Source of the DNA: an uncultured virus (IMG/VR IMGVR_UViG_3300044825_001403)
Lineage: Duplodnaviria > Heunggongvirae > Uroviricota > Caudoviricetes
Length of the DNA stretch: 64,000 nt
Virus record (IMG/VR): IMGVR_UViG_3300044825_001403
Coordinates: 1 to 64,000 of that record
Reading direction: 5' to 3' (one strand)
Positions 12,119-20,425 of this stretch are shown piece after piece (positions within the stretch are counted from its first letter, which is position 1; each line of letters opens with the position of its first letter). The translations under genes were made by a program, and so were the position numbers. The notes under the pieces were generated by a model, which saw nothing but the letters and a program-made list of their open reading frames with translations, did not search any database and was not told the origin of the DNA.

Positions 12119-12806
12119 ATGGAACACGAGGAAATGTATTTCGTGATTGGCACGGAAGCCATCATGCTGGATGAAATCGGCACACCGATTGTGTGTGATA
12201 TGAACCCAGACGGTACGGTTGACTGGGATTCTTTTGATGTGATTGATTGGATGGATCTCAATCCGAATCAATATGATCTATTCAAAGCCTGTGTTGACTT
12301 TCTTCAACAGTACACCCCATCCATGTACGTCAAATGAACATCGTAGCAGATCATGTCAAGGAGCTAATGCTTCTGATTCCCCTTTCTCAAACTGAATACC
12401 GACCCATTCCCAAGGAATCACTGACTCCAAAGGAAACAGAATTGTTCTGGAGGTATCATGGGCATTTTCCGAATGACTTTGCCCGAGCGATTGCAGACTG
12501 TCTCCCAGAAAACCAAAAGTTCGTACAATACGATCATCTAAGTAATAGAGTTACAGTGGAGGCATTATGACCCCAGACGAAGAACAACGTCAACAAGAAA
12601 AAGAGTATGAGTCTGTGTCTGAGCAATCAGACCAGATTCTACTGTACATGCAAGATCGGTTTCAAGATCTAATGTCTGAGAATCGTGTGGATGATGCCAT
12701 TGCCATAGGTGATGAGTATCTAGAATGGATTGGTCAGTATCCAGATGAAGTGTTTCTTTATTACAATGAGAAAGAACTTCAACAAGACTACGAATCAAAA
12801 CGCTAA
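12119..12806 (+). CDS. Three coupled acidic hypothetical proteins (12119-12337, 12334-12570, 12567-12806)
   Basis: ATGA overlaps, RBS motifs. Confidence 0.75.
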
Positions 12807-12862
12807 TTTACTCAAGGGGACAGCTAACAACTGTCCCTTTATAGTATGTCGGATGAACTGAA

Positions 12863-13789
12863 ATGAATTACTACACTTATGCCTATTTGAGAAAAGATCG
12901 AACACCATATTATATTGGTAAAGGCAAAGGTAAAAGAGCATATGATAGTCGTCATAATGTAAAAGTTCCAAAGGACAAGAATAGAATACTATTGCTCAAA
13001 CAAAACTTAACTGAAGACGAAGCATTCAAACATGAAATCTATATGATTGCTGTGCTTGGTAGAAAGGATTTGGGGACAGGTATTCTTCGCAATCTTACTG
13101 ATGGTGGTGATGGGTGTTCAAATCCATCACCAGAATTAAGAAGAAAAAATTCAGAAAGAAATAAAAAAGCATATGCTAATGGAACTAATCCTTTATCTAA
13201 ATTAACCGAAGAAGAAAGAAAAAAATATCTAGCTATGGCTGGTCAATCAAGATTGAATAGTCAATGGTTAAAAGATAATCCAGAGTATAATGGTGGATCT
13301 CTTGGTAGAACACCAGAACAGCATAGTCTTGATAGTGCTAAAGCTATGGAACATGGATGTGCAAAATATTGGAAGTCTTTACCAGAAAAAGAAAGATATG
13401 CTCTTCGTGCTAAAAATGGAAAAAAGGGAGGACAAACAAATAAAGAACTTGGACTTGGGATATGTGGATTATCTTTTGATGAAAGATCAAAAATAGCAAA
13501 GAAAAAGTTTGAAAATCCAGATCTTGTTCAACAATATAAAGAGCAAGGTAAAAAACTATATTTGGAGGGGAAAGGAATTGCTGACCCTAAAGCAAGAGAA
13601 AAGTGTCGTCTTATTAATCTTGAACGAACATCTAAAGAATTTTGTGTTATGAGTCCAGAAGGAAAAATATACAAAGGTAAAGGAAGAAAACCATTTGCAA
13701 GAGAACATGGATTACCAACAACTTGTTTTAATAATTTGGTGAGAGGTAGAATAAAGTCTTATAAAGGATGGACTGTATATTCTCCTTAA
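12863..13789 (+). mobile_element. Free-standing GIY-YIG (Seg-like) homing endonuclease gene
   Basis: YYTYAYLR...PYYIGKG...R, E..A...E...I, L.NLTDGGDG core; basic NUMOD-like C-terminus ending in HTH-like FAREHGL...YKGW. Confidence 0.8.
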
Positions 13790-13842
13790 TAAAAAATTAA
13801 AACAGGATTATAAAACAAAATGATGATTTATTCTCTTTGTAT

Positions 13843-13900
13843 GTGACATTTATTAAACTGGCACACACCACCACACAATGCTCATTTTATACAGTACAAT
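13843..13900 (+). promoter_or_regulatory. Early promoter with dyad element, no -35
   Basis: GTGACAT-N8-CTGGCAC 13843-13864; TACAAT 13895. Confidence 0.65.
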
Positions 13901-13925
13901 TACAAGGTAAACAGTTCACCATATC

Positions 13926-14297
13926 ATGAACTCAAACATTTTTGATTCTTCATTCTTTGGTTATAGTAATGTACCTGATTCAATTGAATTAGATGATCGT
14001 AAACTCATACCAATTAAATCTCTTAAACTGAAGTATGAAGATCATAGTATGGCATACTCAGGTAAGCTATTTTCAGTCAGTACAATTAAAACAATTTGTT
14101 GGTTGACTGCAATAGAAGTACATAGACCAATAAAAGGATTGTATTGTGTAGAAGAAGAGGATGCTAAGTTCTTTGATTATCTTTATGAATTGCGAAGAAC
14201 GAATGTGATTCATGATTATATTGATTCTGATGATATTCACAGATTGTATGATGTTTTCCACAAGTCTCCGCAGTTGGTAAATGCTTGCTATAACTAG
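13926..14297 (+). CDS. Hypothetical protein
   Basis: 123-aa ORF directly after the promoter. Confidence 0.55.
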   Translation: MNSNIFDSSFFGYSNVPDSIELDDRKLIPIKSLKLKYEDHSMAYSGKLFSVSTIKTICWLTAIEVHRPIKGLYCVEEEDAKFFDYLYELRRTNVIHDYIDSDDIHRLYDVFHKSPQLVNACYN

Positions 14298-14365
14298 GAT
14301 GTTGTCAATGATACCTTTGAGTTTTCCACAGGGCTGTGGAAAAACCTGTGGAAAACTGTGGAAAA
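14254..14365. repeat. Five TTTTCCACA 9-mers (DnaA-box-like)
   Basis: Forward at 14254 and 14322; reverse (TGTGGAAAA) at 14335, 14347, 14357. Confidence 0.85.
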
Positions 14366-14476
14366 TTAAATGGTTAAAAAAACATATGTAAGTGAATTAT
14401 AAAGCTTTCGTATAATGTTGCTGAAAGCTTGGAAATCTACGGGGGTGTTGTTGTCTAAGCCCGCCAGCACCCGAAA

Positions 14477-14622
14477 GTCAAGTCGAAATGTGCCAGTTCT
14501 CAAAGTGGCACAAAGGGGCTTGACAAAACTCCCAGTCTCACTCTAAGACCTGTCAAGGGCTCTTAGGACACTTCAGGGACTGGCACAGGGGGCTTGACAA
14601 ACCTGGGCGAATGCCCTATACT
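14477..14622 (+). promoter_or_regulatory. Tandem dyad elements flanked by opposing -35 boxes; downstream TTGACA-N17-TATACT promoter
   Basis: GTCAAG-N7-GTGCCAG-N8-GTGGCAC-N7-CTTGAC (14477-14524); TGTCAAG-N7-AGGACAC-N8-CTGGCAC-N6-CTTGACA (14551-14599); TATACT 14617. Confidence 0.8.
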
Positions 14623-14763
14623 GTATTCATGAAGTTCGGAAATCTCAGAAATCGAGAAAACCCAAAAATTCCAAAAATTCAAAAACTTGATTTTTTAGAT
14701 TTTTGAGATTTTCCAAAAACTTCAAAATCATAAAAGTTAAATTTTAACAATTAACAGAGAACT

Positions 14764-14991
14764 ATGAAACTTATTGAAAATATCGATTCTACTGCTATCA
14801 ACGCCGTTCGTGCAGGTGATGATAGCATTGTAACTATTACCTTTAACAATGGTAAGAGCTACGATTACCGTGATACCACTGGTAATTTCGTAAATTCGGT
14901 TGAAAATGCAATGGAAAACCATCAAAGTGTTGGTCGTCTGTTCAATCGAGCACTGAAAGAGGACCAAACTCTTCAGATTGTCACTGTCTGA
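14764..14991 (+). CDS. KTSC-domain-like protein
   Basis: DSTAI..V......V.ITFNNGKSYDY...SVGRLFN..LK pattern. Confidence 0.55.
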   Translation: MKLIENIDSTAINAVRAGDDSIVTITFNNGKSYDYRDTTGNFVNSVENAMENHQSVGRLFNRALKEDQTLQIVTV

Positions 14992-15041
14992 CCACTAAAT
15001 ACTACAAAACACCCCAAAATAGGAGTCAATTGAGTTAAAAA

Positions 15042-15206
15042 ATGGCAAAAAGCACTCGTAAGTACACAGAATCTTTTAAAGATCTGAACCTTGAAGATGA
15101 ATATGAGGATTTCGGTTACGAAGTCCAGAATGCCAAACGATACTCCACAAGGAGTAATCGAAAGACTAAATTCAAGGATTACGATGAGTACAGTGATTGG
15201 GATTGA
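15042..15206 (+). CDS. Small charged hypothetical protein (54 aa)
   Basis: ATG 15042-TGA 15206; CTAAATA late-promoter-like site near 14995. Confidence 0.55.
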   Translation: MAKSTRKYTESFKDLNLEDEYEDFGYEVQNAKRYSTRSNRKTKFKDYDEYSDWD

Positions 15207-15216
15207 ATAATATTTG

Positions 15217-15238
15217 GGGGCAGAGATGCCCCTTTTTT
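15217..15238 (+). terminator. Rho-independent terminator
   Basis: GGGGCA-GAGA-TGCCCC followed by T6. Confidence 0.85.
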
Positions 15239-15297
15239 ATTACACATTCCTACAAGCCATTCCTAGCAGCTTTGAGATGCTTCGGTGGTGTGACACT

Positions 15298-15356
15298 GTG
15301 ACGGTTCTGTAAGTGGCACAGAGGGGCTTGCAGGGGGCTCTCAGGGGTGCCATACT
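15298..15356 (+). promoter_or_regulatory. Early promoter with dyad element
   Basis: GTGACGG-N8-GTGGCAC, TTGCAG-N17-CATACT. Confidence 0.7.
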
Positions 15357-15411
15357 ATGTGCATCGGAGGCAAGAGAGCTTCCGACCAAACAACTACCCC
15401 CGAGAGGATCT

Positions 15412-15588
15412 ATGACTTCCCAGCAACTCCTGCAGACCGCCCGTGATGTGATGGTGTGTGGTGCTGATGCTCGCCGTAAGAGCCTGCAGGACCATGCCAT
15501 TGCCCAGGGTCGCACCCAGGATCAGGTTCGCAAGGCTAGCACCATGCGTCTGGCACTGTGGAGCCGTGGCTTCAAGTCCGCCATCTGA
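15412..15588 (+). CDS. Small early hypothetical protein (58 aa)
   Basis: GAGG RBS; shares KAST.RLA.W with 19537-19833. Confidence 0.7.
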   Translation: MTSQQLLQTARDVMVCGADARRKSLQDHAIAQGRTQDQVRKASTMRLALWSRGFKSAI

Positions 15589-15589
15589 A

Positions 15590-15632
15590 GTGGCACAGGG
15601 GGGTTGACACAGCCCCCCACCCATGTTATTCT
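15590..15632 (+). promoter_or_regulatory. Early promoter
   Basis: GTGGCAC half-site 15590, TTGACA 15604-N17-TATTCT 15627. Confidence 0.7.
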
Positions 15633-15658
15633 TGATTTGTTCCTGAGGGATTCACCCC

Positions 15659-16517
15659 ATGGCAATGATCTGTGACAACGCTCATTTCTACAATCGAGCC
15701 AGTGCCCATGAATCTATCATGGATTCCTGTGCCCGTTGGGTCGATCACTACAACTTCATGGCATCGATTCCATGGAATACTGAAGCAGAAACCGAACAGT
15801 TTCTGTATGAAATGTCCGAGTACCTTTGCTATGATGTATGATGGTTGACACTTACAACTTTACTGGTGATGCTGTGACAGTTCTAGGACTGGTCGGTGTC
15901 ATCTCCACTGGCATCATCCTGGTGCTATGCTTCACTCGTTACTTCAATTCACCCTTGAGGAAATGACTCTCAAAGAGTATCACTTCACTGACGAACAAAT
16001 TGATTTCATTCTTGATCTTGTTCGTAACAATGCACAGTATGAAGAGGATGAAGATCGTGAGTGGATGGAGGAGTTAGCAAATCAAATTGAAGATCAAATT
16101 GTCAACCACCCCACCAATGATTGACAAAACACCAACATTCTCCACCATTCTCCAGTATCTCAGCAATCTAACAGATGATGAGTTAGAGATGCTGGATGAA
16201 GACAAATACGTTCAAGCACTGGTCACCATTTACCACGGCAAATGACTCTCACTTCAGAACAAATTAGTGACCTCTGCCAAGCACACTGCTATCGTGTGAT
16301 TGACCAAATGGACATGGATGATCTTGTGTCCTATGCTGTACAAATGATGTACAATTCATTCGACAAAAACTTTGGTGATGGCGACACAGATCTTGATATG
16401 TTAATCGAAGACATCTGGGTTGCTGAGGGCGAAGATGATGATTCTACAGAAGAGTTCATTGCTGGCATTGTTGGTAGTGATCTTGCCAGTGAAATTGTAA
16501 AAAATACACAATTCTAA
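15659..16517 (+). CDS. Cluster of small acidic early hypothetical genes (e.g. 15659-15841, 15963-16124, 16242-16517)
   Basis: Consecutive short ORFs after the promoter. Confidence 0.65.
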
Positions 16518-16524
16518 AAATCTC

Positions 16525-16573
16525 AAAAACTAAGAAATCTTAAAAATTCAAAAATTAAGATTTCTTAGTTTTT
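16525..16573. repeat. Perfect 19-bp inverted repeat
   Basis: AAAAACTAAGAAATCTTAA-N11-TTAAGATTTCTTAGTTTTT. Confidence 0.9.
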
Positions 16574-16637
16574 CAATAATTGACAAAATCAAGATTTTAA
16601 TATAAAATATAAATTATAACCTTCGCTTTTAATTCTA

Positions 16638-16766
16638 ATGAATCAAACATTAACATTTGAAGAATATGTAAAGAATGAATTGAAAGATGAAGATATAAAG
16701 AATAAAGAAATAGAGTATGATGATTATAGTATTACAGTAGAAGTAGATTATACTATACAAGAATGA
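16638..16766 (+). CDS. Small acidic hypothetical protein (42 aa)
   Basis: Follows TTGACA(16580)-N17-TAAAAT; MNQTLTFEEYVKNELKDED... Confidence 0.45.
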   Translation: MNQTLTFEEYVKNELKDEDIKNKEIEYDDYSITVEVDYTIQE

Positions 16767-16956
16767 TTGTATAGTATAAAGAATAAAGAACCCTAGTTTG
16801 TTATTCTTTATACAAACTAGGGTATTTTTGTGTGTTTGTCAAGAGGTGTTGTGCCACCTCTTGAACTGTCCACTACCCCTTGACCTTGGCTGTTGTTGGT
16901 GTTATTGTGTGTTCGTGGTTGAGAGATCGACCACTGCTGTTCAATTCTCTACAACA

Positions 16957-17250
16957 ATGAACACCCCAATTCTTCTCAACAATCCCATCGTCGAAAAGTA
17001 TAACGAACTGCTGGACATGGTTCGTGATAATGAAACCATCCAACAGATTCTTTATACAATCGCCACGGTGGTTGGATTCATCGTTGGCGTCACGGTTTGG
17101 GTTGCTAACCGTGTCAGCGATTGGTATAACAAAGGTGGGCGAGAAACCCTGCTTCGTTATACTCAACGTGTGCTGCTGTTTGTTAGTGTTACCACAGAAC
17201 GTGCCTACTATTGGGTGTGTGATGTGACAGAAAAGCAACTGGCACAGTAA
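16957..17250 (+). CDS. Hypothetical membrane protein
   Basis: ATG 16957; hydrophobic ILYTIATVVGFIVGVTVWV segment. Confidence 0.65.
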   Translation: MNTPILLNNPIVEKYNELLDMVRDNETIQQILYTIATVVGFIVGVTVWVANRVSDWYNKGGRETLLRYTQRVLLFVSVTTERAYYWVCDVTEKQLAQ

Positions 17251-17305
17251 CACCCACAGGGGGGCATTGTGCCCCCTATACTGAACAAGTCAACACAATT
17301 CTGTT

Positions 17306-17497
17306 ATGTTTGACCTCGCATTTGTGACACCCAAGAGTAAGAAAGCGAAGAACAGATTCGCTAATCTTATGAACAACAACCCAGAGTGTATTGTCGAGCA
17401 AATTAAAGAGAACCGTGTGTTCCTTCGTTCTCACAATGGTCGCAATTTCTTCTGGGTTGCTGTAAAGAATGACCCAGACTGGGCTGTAGACTTCTGA
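17306..17497 (+). CDS. Small early hypothetical protein
   Basis: V.PKSKKAKNRFANLM...C.VEQ....FL.S.N...FFWV....D.DW, recalled as a common cyanomyophage family. Confidence 0.75.
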   Translation: MFDLAFVTPKSKKAKNRFANLMNNNPECIVEQIKENRVFLRSHNGRNFFWVAVKNDPDWAVDF

Positions 17498-17585
17498 GGG
17501 TGTGCCACCTGGGGCACTGTCCACTCTGCCCCCACAGTGCCCCCACCCTGCCCCTATACTGATCAAGTCAACCAACGACAGAGCC

Positions 17586-18347
17586 ATGCTCACCTTCTCC
17601 AAAGGCAACGCCAAGCTGGGCACCCAGACCCTGATCTTCAACCTGCCCGCTGGCAAGACCTGCCCAGGTGCTATGTTCTGCAAGTCGTTTGCTGTTGTTG
17701 ATGCAAACGGCAAGCGTAGCATTCAAGACACCGAGCACACCCAATTCCGTTGCTTCGCTGCATCTTCTGAGGTGCAATACGATGGGGCATTCTACAACCG
17801 AGCAAACAACCTGCAAACCGTTGTAGACTACCTGCAGGTGGGTGTTGATCACGCTGCCGACCAGATTAACGTTGCATTGCAACACTTTAAGACTCGCAAC
17901 ACCAAGCTGGTTCGCATCCATGAGTCGGGCGACTTCTTCAGCCTCGCTTATCTTGAAGCATGGGTGAAGGTTGCACAGATGAACCCCAATCTCAAGTTCT
18001 ATTGCTATAGCAAATCGCTTCACATCTTCACCGAGTTCGGTGTAGCTAACCTGCCTGCCAATTTCTATCTCACTGCATCCTACGGTGGCAAGTTCGACTA
18101 CATGATCGACGAAGGTTTGTTCACTCGCTATAGCAAAGTGGTGATGACCGATGATGATGCAAACCGTCTCGGTCTTGAGGTTGATCACGACGACAGCCAC
18201 TGTTTCGGTGCTGAACCGTTCGCCCTCCTGGTGCATGGCACCCAGCCCAAGGGCAGCGACTGGGGCAAGGCGATCCGCCAGCGTCGCCAGGCTGGGCAGT
18301 TCGGAGGCTACAGCAAGGCGAACGCCAGCCAGGCTGTGCCAGTCTGA
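17586..18347 (+). CDS. Gp88-like (Cys-rich) protein
   Basis: GNAKL, FNLPAGKTCPGA..C, CFA, RIHESGDFFS, YCYSK motifs of the GP88 family; ATG at 17586 after the repeat leader. Confidence 0.7.
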   Translation: MLTFSKGNAKLGTQTLIFNLPAGKTCPGAMFCKSFAVVDANGKRSIQDTEHTQFRCFAASSEVQYDGAFYNRANNLQTVVDYLQVGVDHAADQINVALQHFKTRNTKLVRIHESGDFFSLAYLEAWVKVAQMNPNLKFYCYSKSLHIFTEFGVANLPANFYLTASYGGKFDYMIDEGLFTRYSKVVMTDDDANRLGLEVDHDDSHCFGAEPFALLVHGTQPKGSDWGKAIRQRRQAGQFGGYSKANASQAVPV

Positions 18348-18419
18348 CAACCTGCACACAGGGGGCAGCAATGCCCCCACCCCTGCCCCTATACTGAACA
18401 AGTCAACCACAGACACCCC

Positions 18420-19320
18420 ATGACCTACGCTTTCACCGACACCGTTCAGATCGACGAAGGCTGGGAGATCCCCACCGATCTTTACAACGAACTGGGCAAG
18501 ATCGAAGACCTGTTCAACGAAACCCACCCCTACATGTTGCCGCTGGACTTCCTAACTGGTGGCACCTGGGAGTGGGCAGAAGAGATCGCCATGGAGGGCA
18601 TTCTCTCACAGCGACCCCACCAGGAGATCGTTCGGGAGATCTTCGACGGGTACGACCCCACACCCTGAACCACCAGGGGGGCACACAGCCCCCCTCCCCA
18701 TGCTATACTGAACAAGTCAACCACACAGCCCCATGACCGCCACCACCCGCCAACGTGTGATCGCTTCCCTGGTCGCCATGTTCAACACCGAGCACGGCAA
18801 CACCGAGACCCCCGCCTGGCTGCTGGAACTGCACCACCGCTCCACCGATGCCGAGCTGCTCTCCCGCCTGGGCAACTGGCAGACCAACTATCCCCAACAC
18901 TACAGCCGCCACGGTCTCTATGTGATGTGATAGACTGAACCACAGCAACCCCACCCCCATGGCAAACGTTCTACGCCTCGCCCTGATCGCTGGCATCCTG
19001 CTCACCTTCTCTCAGACAGCAGGAGCGATCCTACAGACAGCCCAGACCCTGGACCGTGTGACAGCTGAGAAGGTGGCACAGATCAACGCCCTGAGCCACT
19101 GAGCTGCCCCTATACTGAACAAGTCAACCACGAAACGACCATGACCCTCGACGAAGCGAACACCATCTGGAACGCCTGCTACGGCAGCTGCCTCGCCAGC
19201 GAGACCGCCGAAGGCTGGGCAAAGTACACCTCCGCCCAACGCCTGGAGGCGATCGACACCCGAGACGCCCACGCCAATGGCGGCACCTGGGGCACCTGGA
19301 ACATCTCCGACCGAGACTGA
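18420..19320 (+). CDS. Four GC-rich small early genes (18420-18668, 18733-18930, 18959-19102, 19141-19320)
   Basis: Three start right after a leader repeat; 18959 follows a variant (TAGACTGAACC) and encodes a signal-peptide-like 47-aa protein. Confidence 0.7.
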
Positions 19321-19327
19321 ATCACAC

Positions 19328-19351
19328 GGGGGCAGCAGCCCCCCTTTTTTT
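19328..19351 (+). terminator. Rho-independent terminator
   Basis: GGGGGC-AGCA-GCCCCC then C and T7. Confidence 0.85.
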
Positions 19352-19536
19352 GTGCCTGCCTCCCTGGCTGTAGGTTCTACCTTCAATCTAGCACGGCACC
19401 GCCCCCCACCCGAGACCGTGTGCCAGTCTGCGAGGTGTCCCGATTCTGGCTGCAGACCCTCGACAGCCGCCCCCGATGCTGTAGGATACGTTCAAGCGAG
19501 GGGGACAGACCTCCACCACCCCCCGCCCCGAGAACC

Positions 19537-19833
19537 ATGATCAAGCTGATCCCCTCCACCCGCTTCGCCGCCTTCATGGGTGACGCCGAGCGTGTGGCTG
19601 CTCTCCTGATCGCCCAGCCCCGTGTGATCGGTGGCTACCGTGCCGCCCTCCTGCTGAACCTCGCCCAGACCAACCGCCAGGGGCGAGTCGCCCTCCAGCA
19701 GTGTGCCAAGGCTGCCCAGCGTCATCGGGTCATCCACGCCGATGGCTCGATCACCCAGACCGATCGGGTGTTCTCCAAGGCATCCACCAAGCGGCTGGCG
19801 ATGTGGGCACAGGATCGCAACTCCGCCCTGTGA
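19537..19833 (+). CDS. GC-rich early hypothetical protein (98 aa)
   Basis: Downstream of dyad 19420-19441 and TAGGAT 19482; C-terminal KASTKRLAMW. Confidence 0.7.
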   Translation: MIKLIPSTRFAAFMGDAERVAALLIAQPRVIGGYRAALLLNLAQTNRQGRVALQQCAKAAQRHRVIHADGSITQTDRVFSKASTKRLAMWAQDRNSAL

Positions 19834-19899
19834 TGTGGTAGGATAGCGAGCAACGGGGGCACCTCCAGCCCCCCTCCCATTCTCTACACTTTCCCCGAA

Positions 19900-20181
19900 A
19901 TGTCTCTCTCCTTCGTTATCACCAAGCGTCCCATCTATCGGACCTTCAGTATTGACGAATCCTCGGCAATCTACAATATCGAGATTGATGAGAATCTGGT
20001 GGAAATCATCTTCCACAGTAATACTGAAAAAGCCTACGTTTACGAGGGCTCAGATGTAGCAATCTCCAAGCTAACTGCGATGATTAAATCACCCGATCTT
20101 CTGGGAGAATCGCTGGGCAAGGTGAGAGCCAATCTGTGCAAATCTGGCGATCTTAAGCAAATCGAATTCGTGGAGGATTGA
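19900..20181 (+). CDS. Second KTSC-domain-like protein
   Basis: ESSAI..I......VEIIFHSN..KAY.Y...SLGK pattern parallels 14764-14991. Confidence 0.5.
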   Translation: MSLSFVITKRPIYRTFSIDESSAIYNIEIDENLVEIIFHSNTEKAYVYEGSDVAISKLTAMIKSPDLLGESLGKVRANLCKSGDLKQIEFVED

Positions 20182-20204
20182 GGGATAGTTAGTTATACTC
20201 ACGG

Positions 20205-20227
20205 GGGGCAAATCCTGCCCCTTTTTT
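20205..20227 (+). terminator. Rho-independent terminator closing the early region
   Basis: GGGGCA-AATCC-TGCCCC followed by T6. Confidence 0.85.
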
Positions 20228-20329
20228 ATTTTGTCTTTTTTTACAGTTAGCTATACTTTCCCACTAATCTGCAAATGCTCGATTATACCAATTAGCAAAT
20301 CTTTCAATTTATTAGTATTATCGAAAATC

Positions 20330-20425
20330 TAGAATTACAGGATAATAAGAATAAACAGATAATTAGAATTACAGGATAATAAGAATAAACAGATAATTAC
20401 AATTACACGATAATAAGAATAACAG
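20330..20425. repeat. 34-bp tandem repeat, about 2.8 copies
   Basis: TAGAATTACAGGATAATAAGAATAAACAGATAAT at 20330 and 20364, degenerate third copy at 20398. Confidence 0.9.

Larger units (their letters stand above)
17275..19131 (+). repeat. Five dispersed copies of the promoter/leader repeat CTATACTGA(A/T)CAAGTCAAC
   Basis: TATACT at 17277, 17555, 18390, 18704, 19111, each followed by GA(A/T)CAAGTCAAC and an ATG about 30 nt after the TATACT start. Confidence 0.9.

Noticed and set aside
12806..13850. Group I intron around the endonuclease
   Set aside because: Flanking ORFs look complete and no intron core was recognised
17275..19131. Dispersed ~20-bp repeats as CRISPR or attC sites
   Set aside because: Spacing is 280-830 bp with whole genes between; repeat contains a -10 box; no integrase or attC structure
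17568..20016. Long minus-strand ORFs (17568-18527, 19012-19386, 19492-20016)
   Set aside because: Shadows of GC-rich + strand genes; promoters and terminators all point to the + strand
20330..20425. 34-bp repeats as a CRISPR array
   Set aside because: Copies are directly adjacent with no unique spacers; no cas genes
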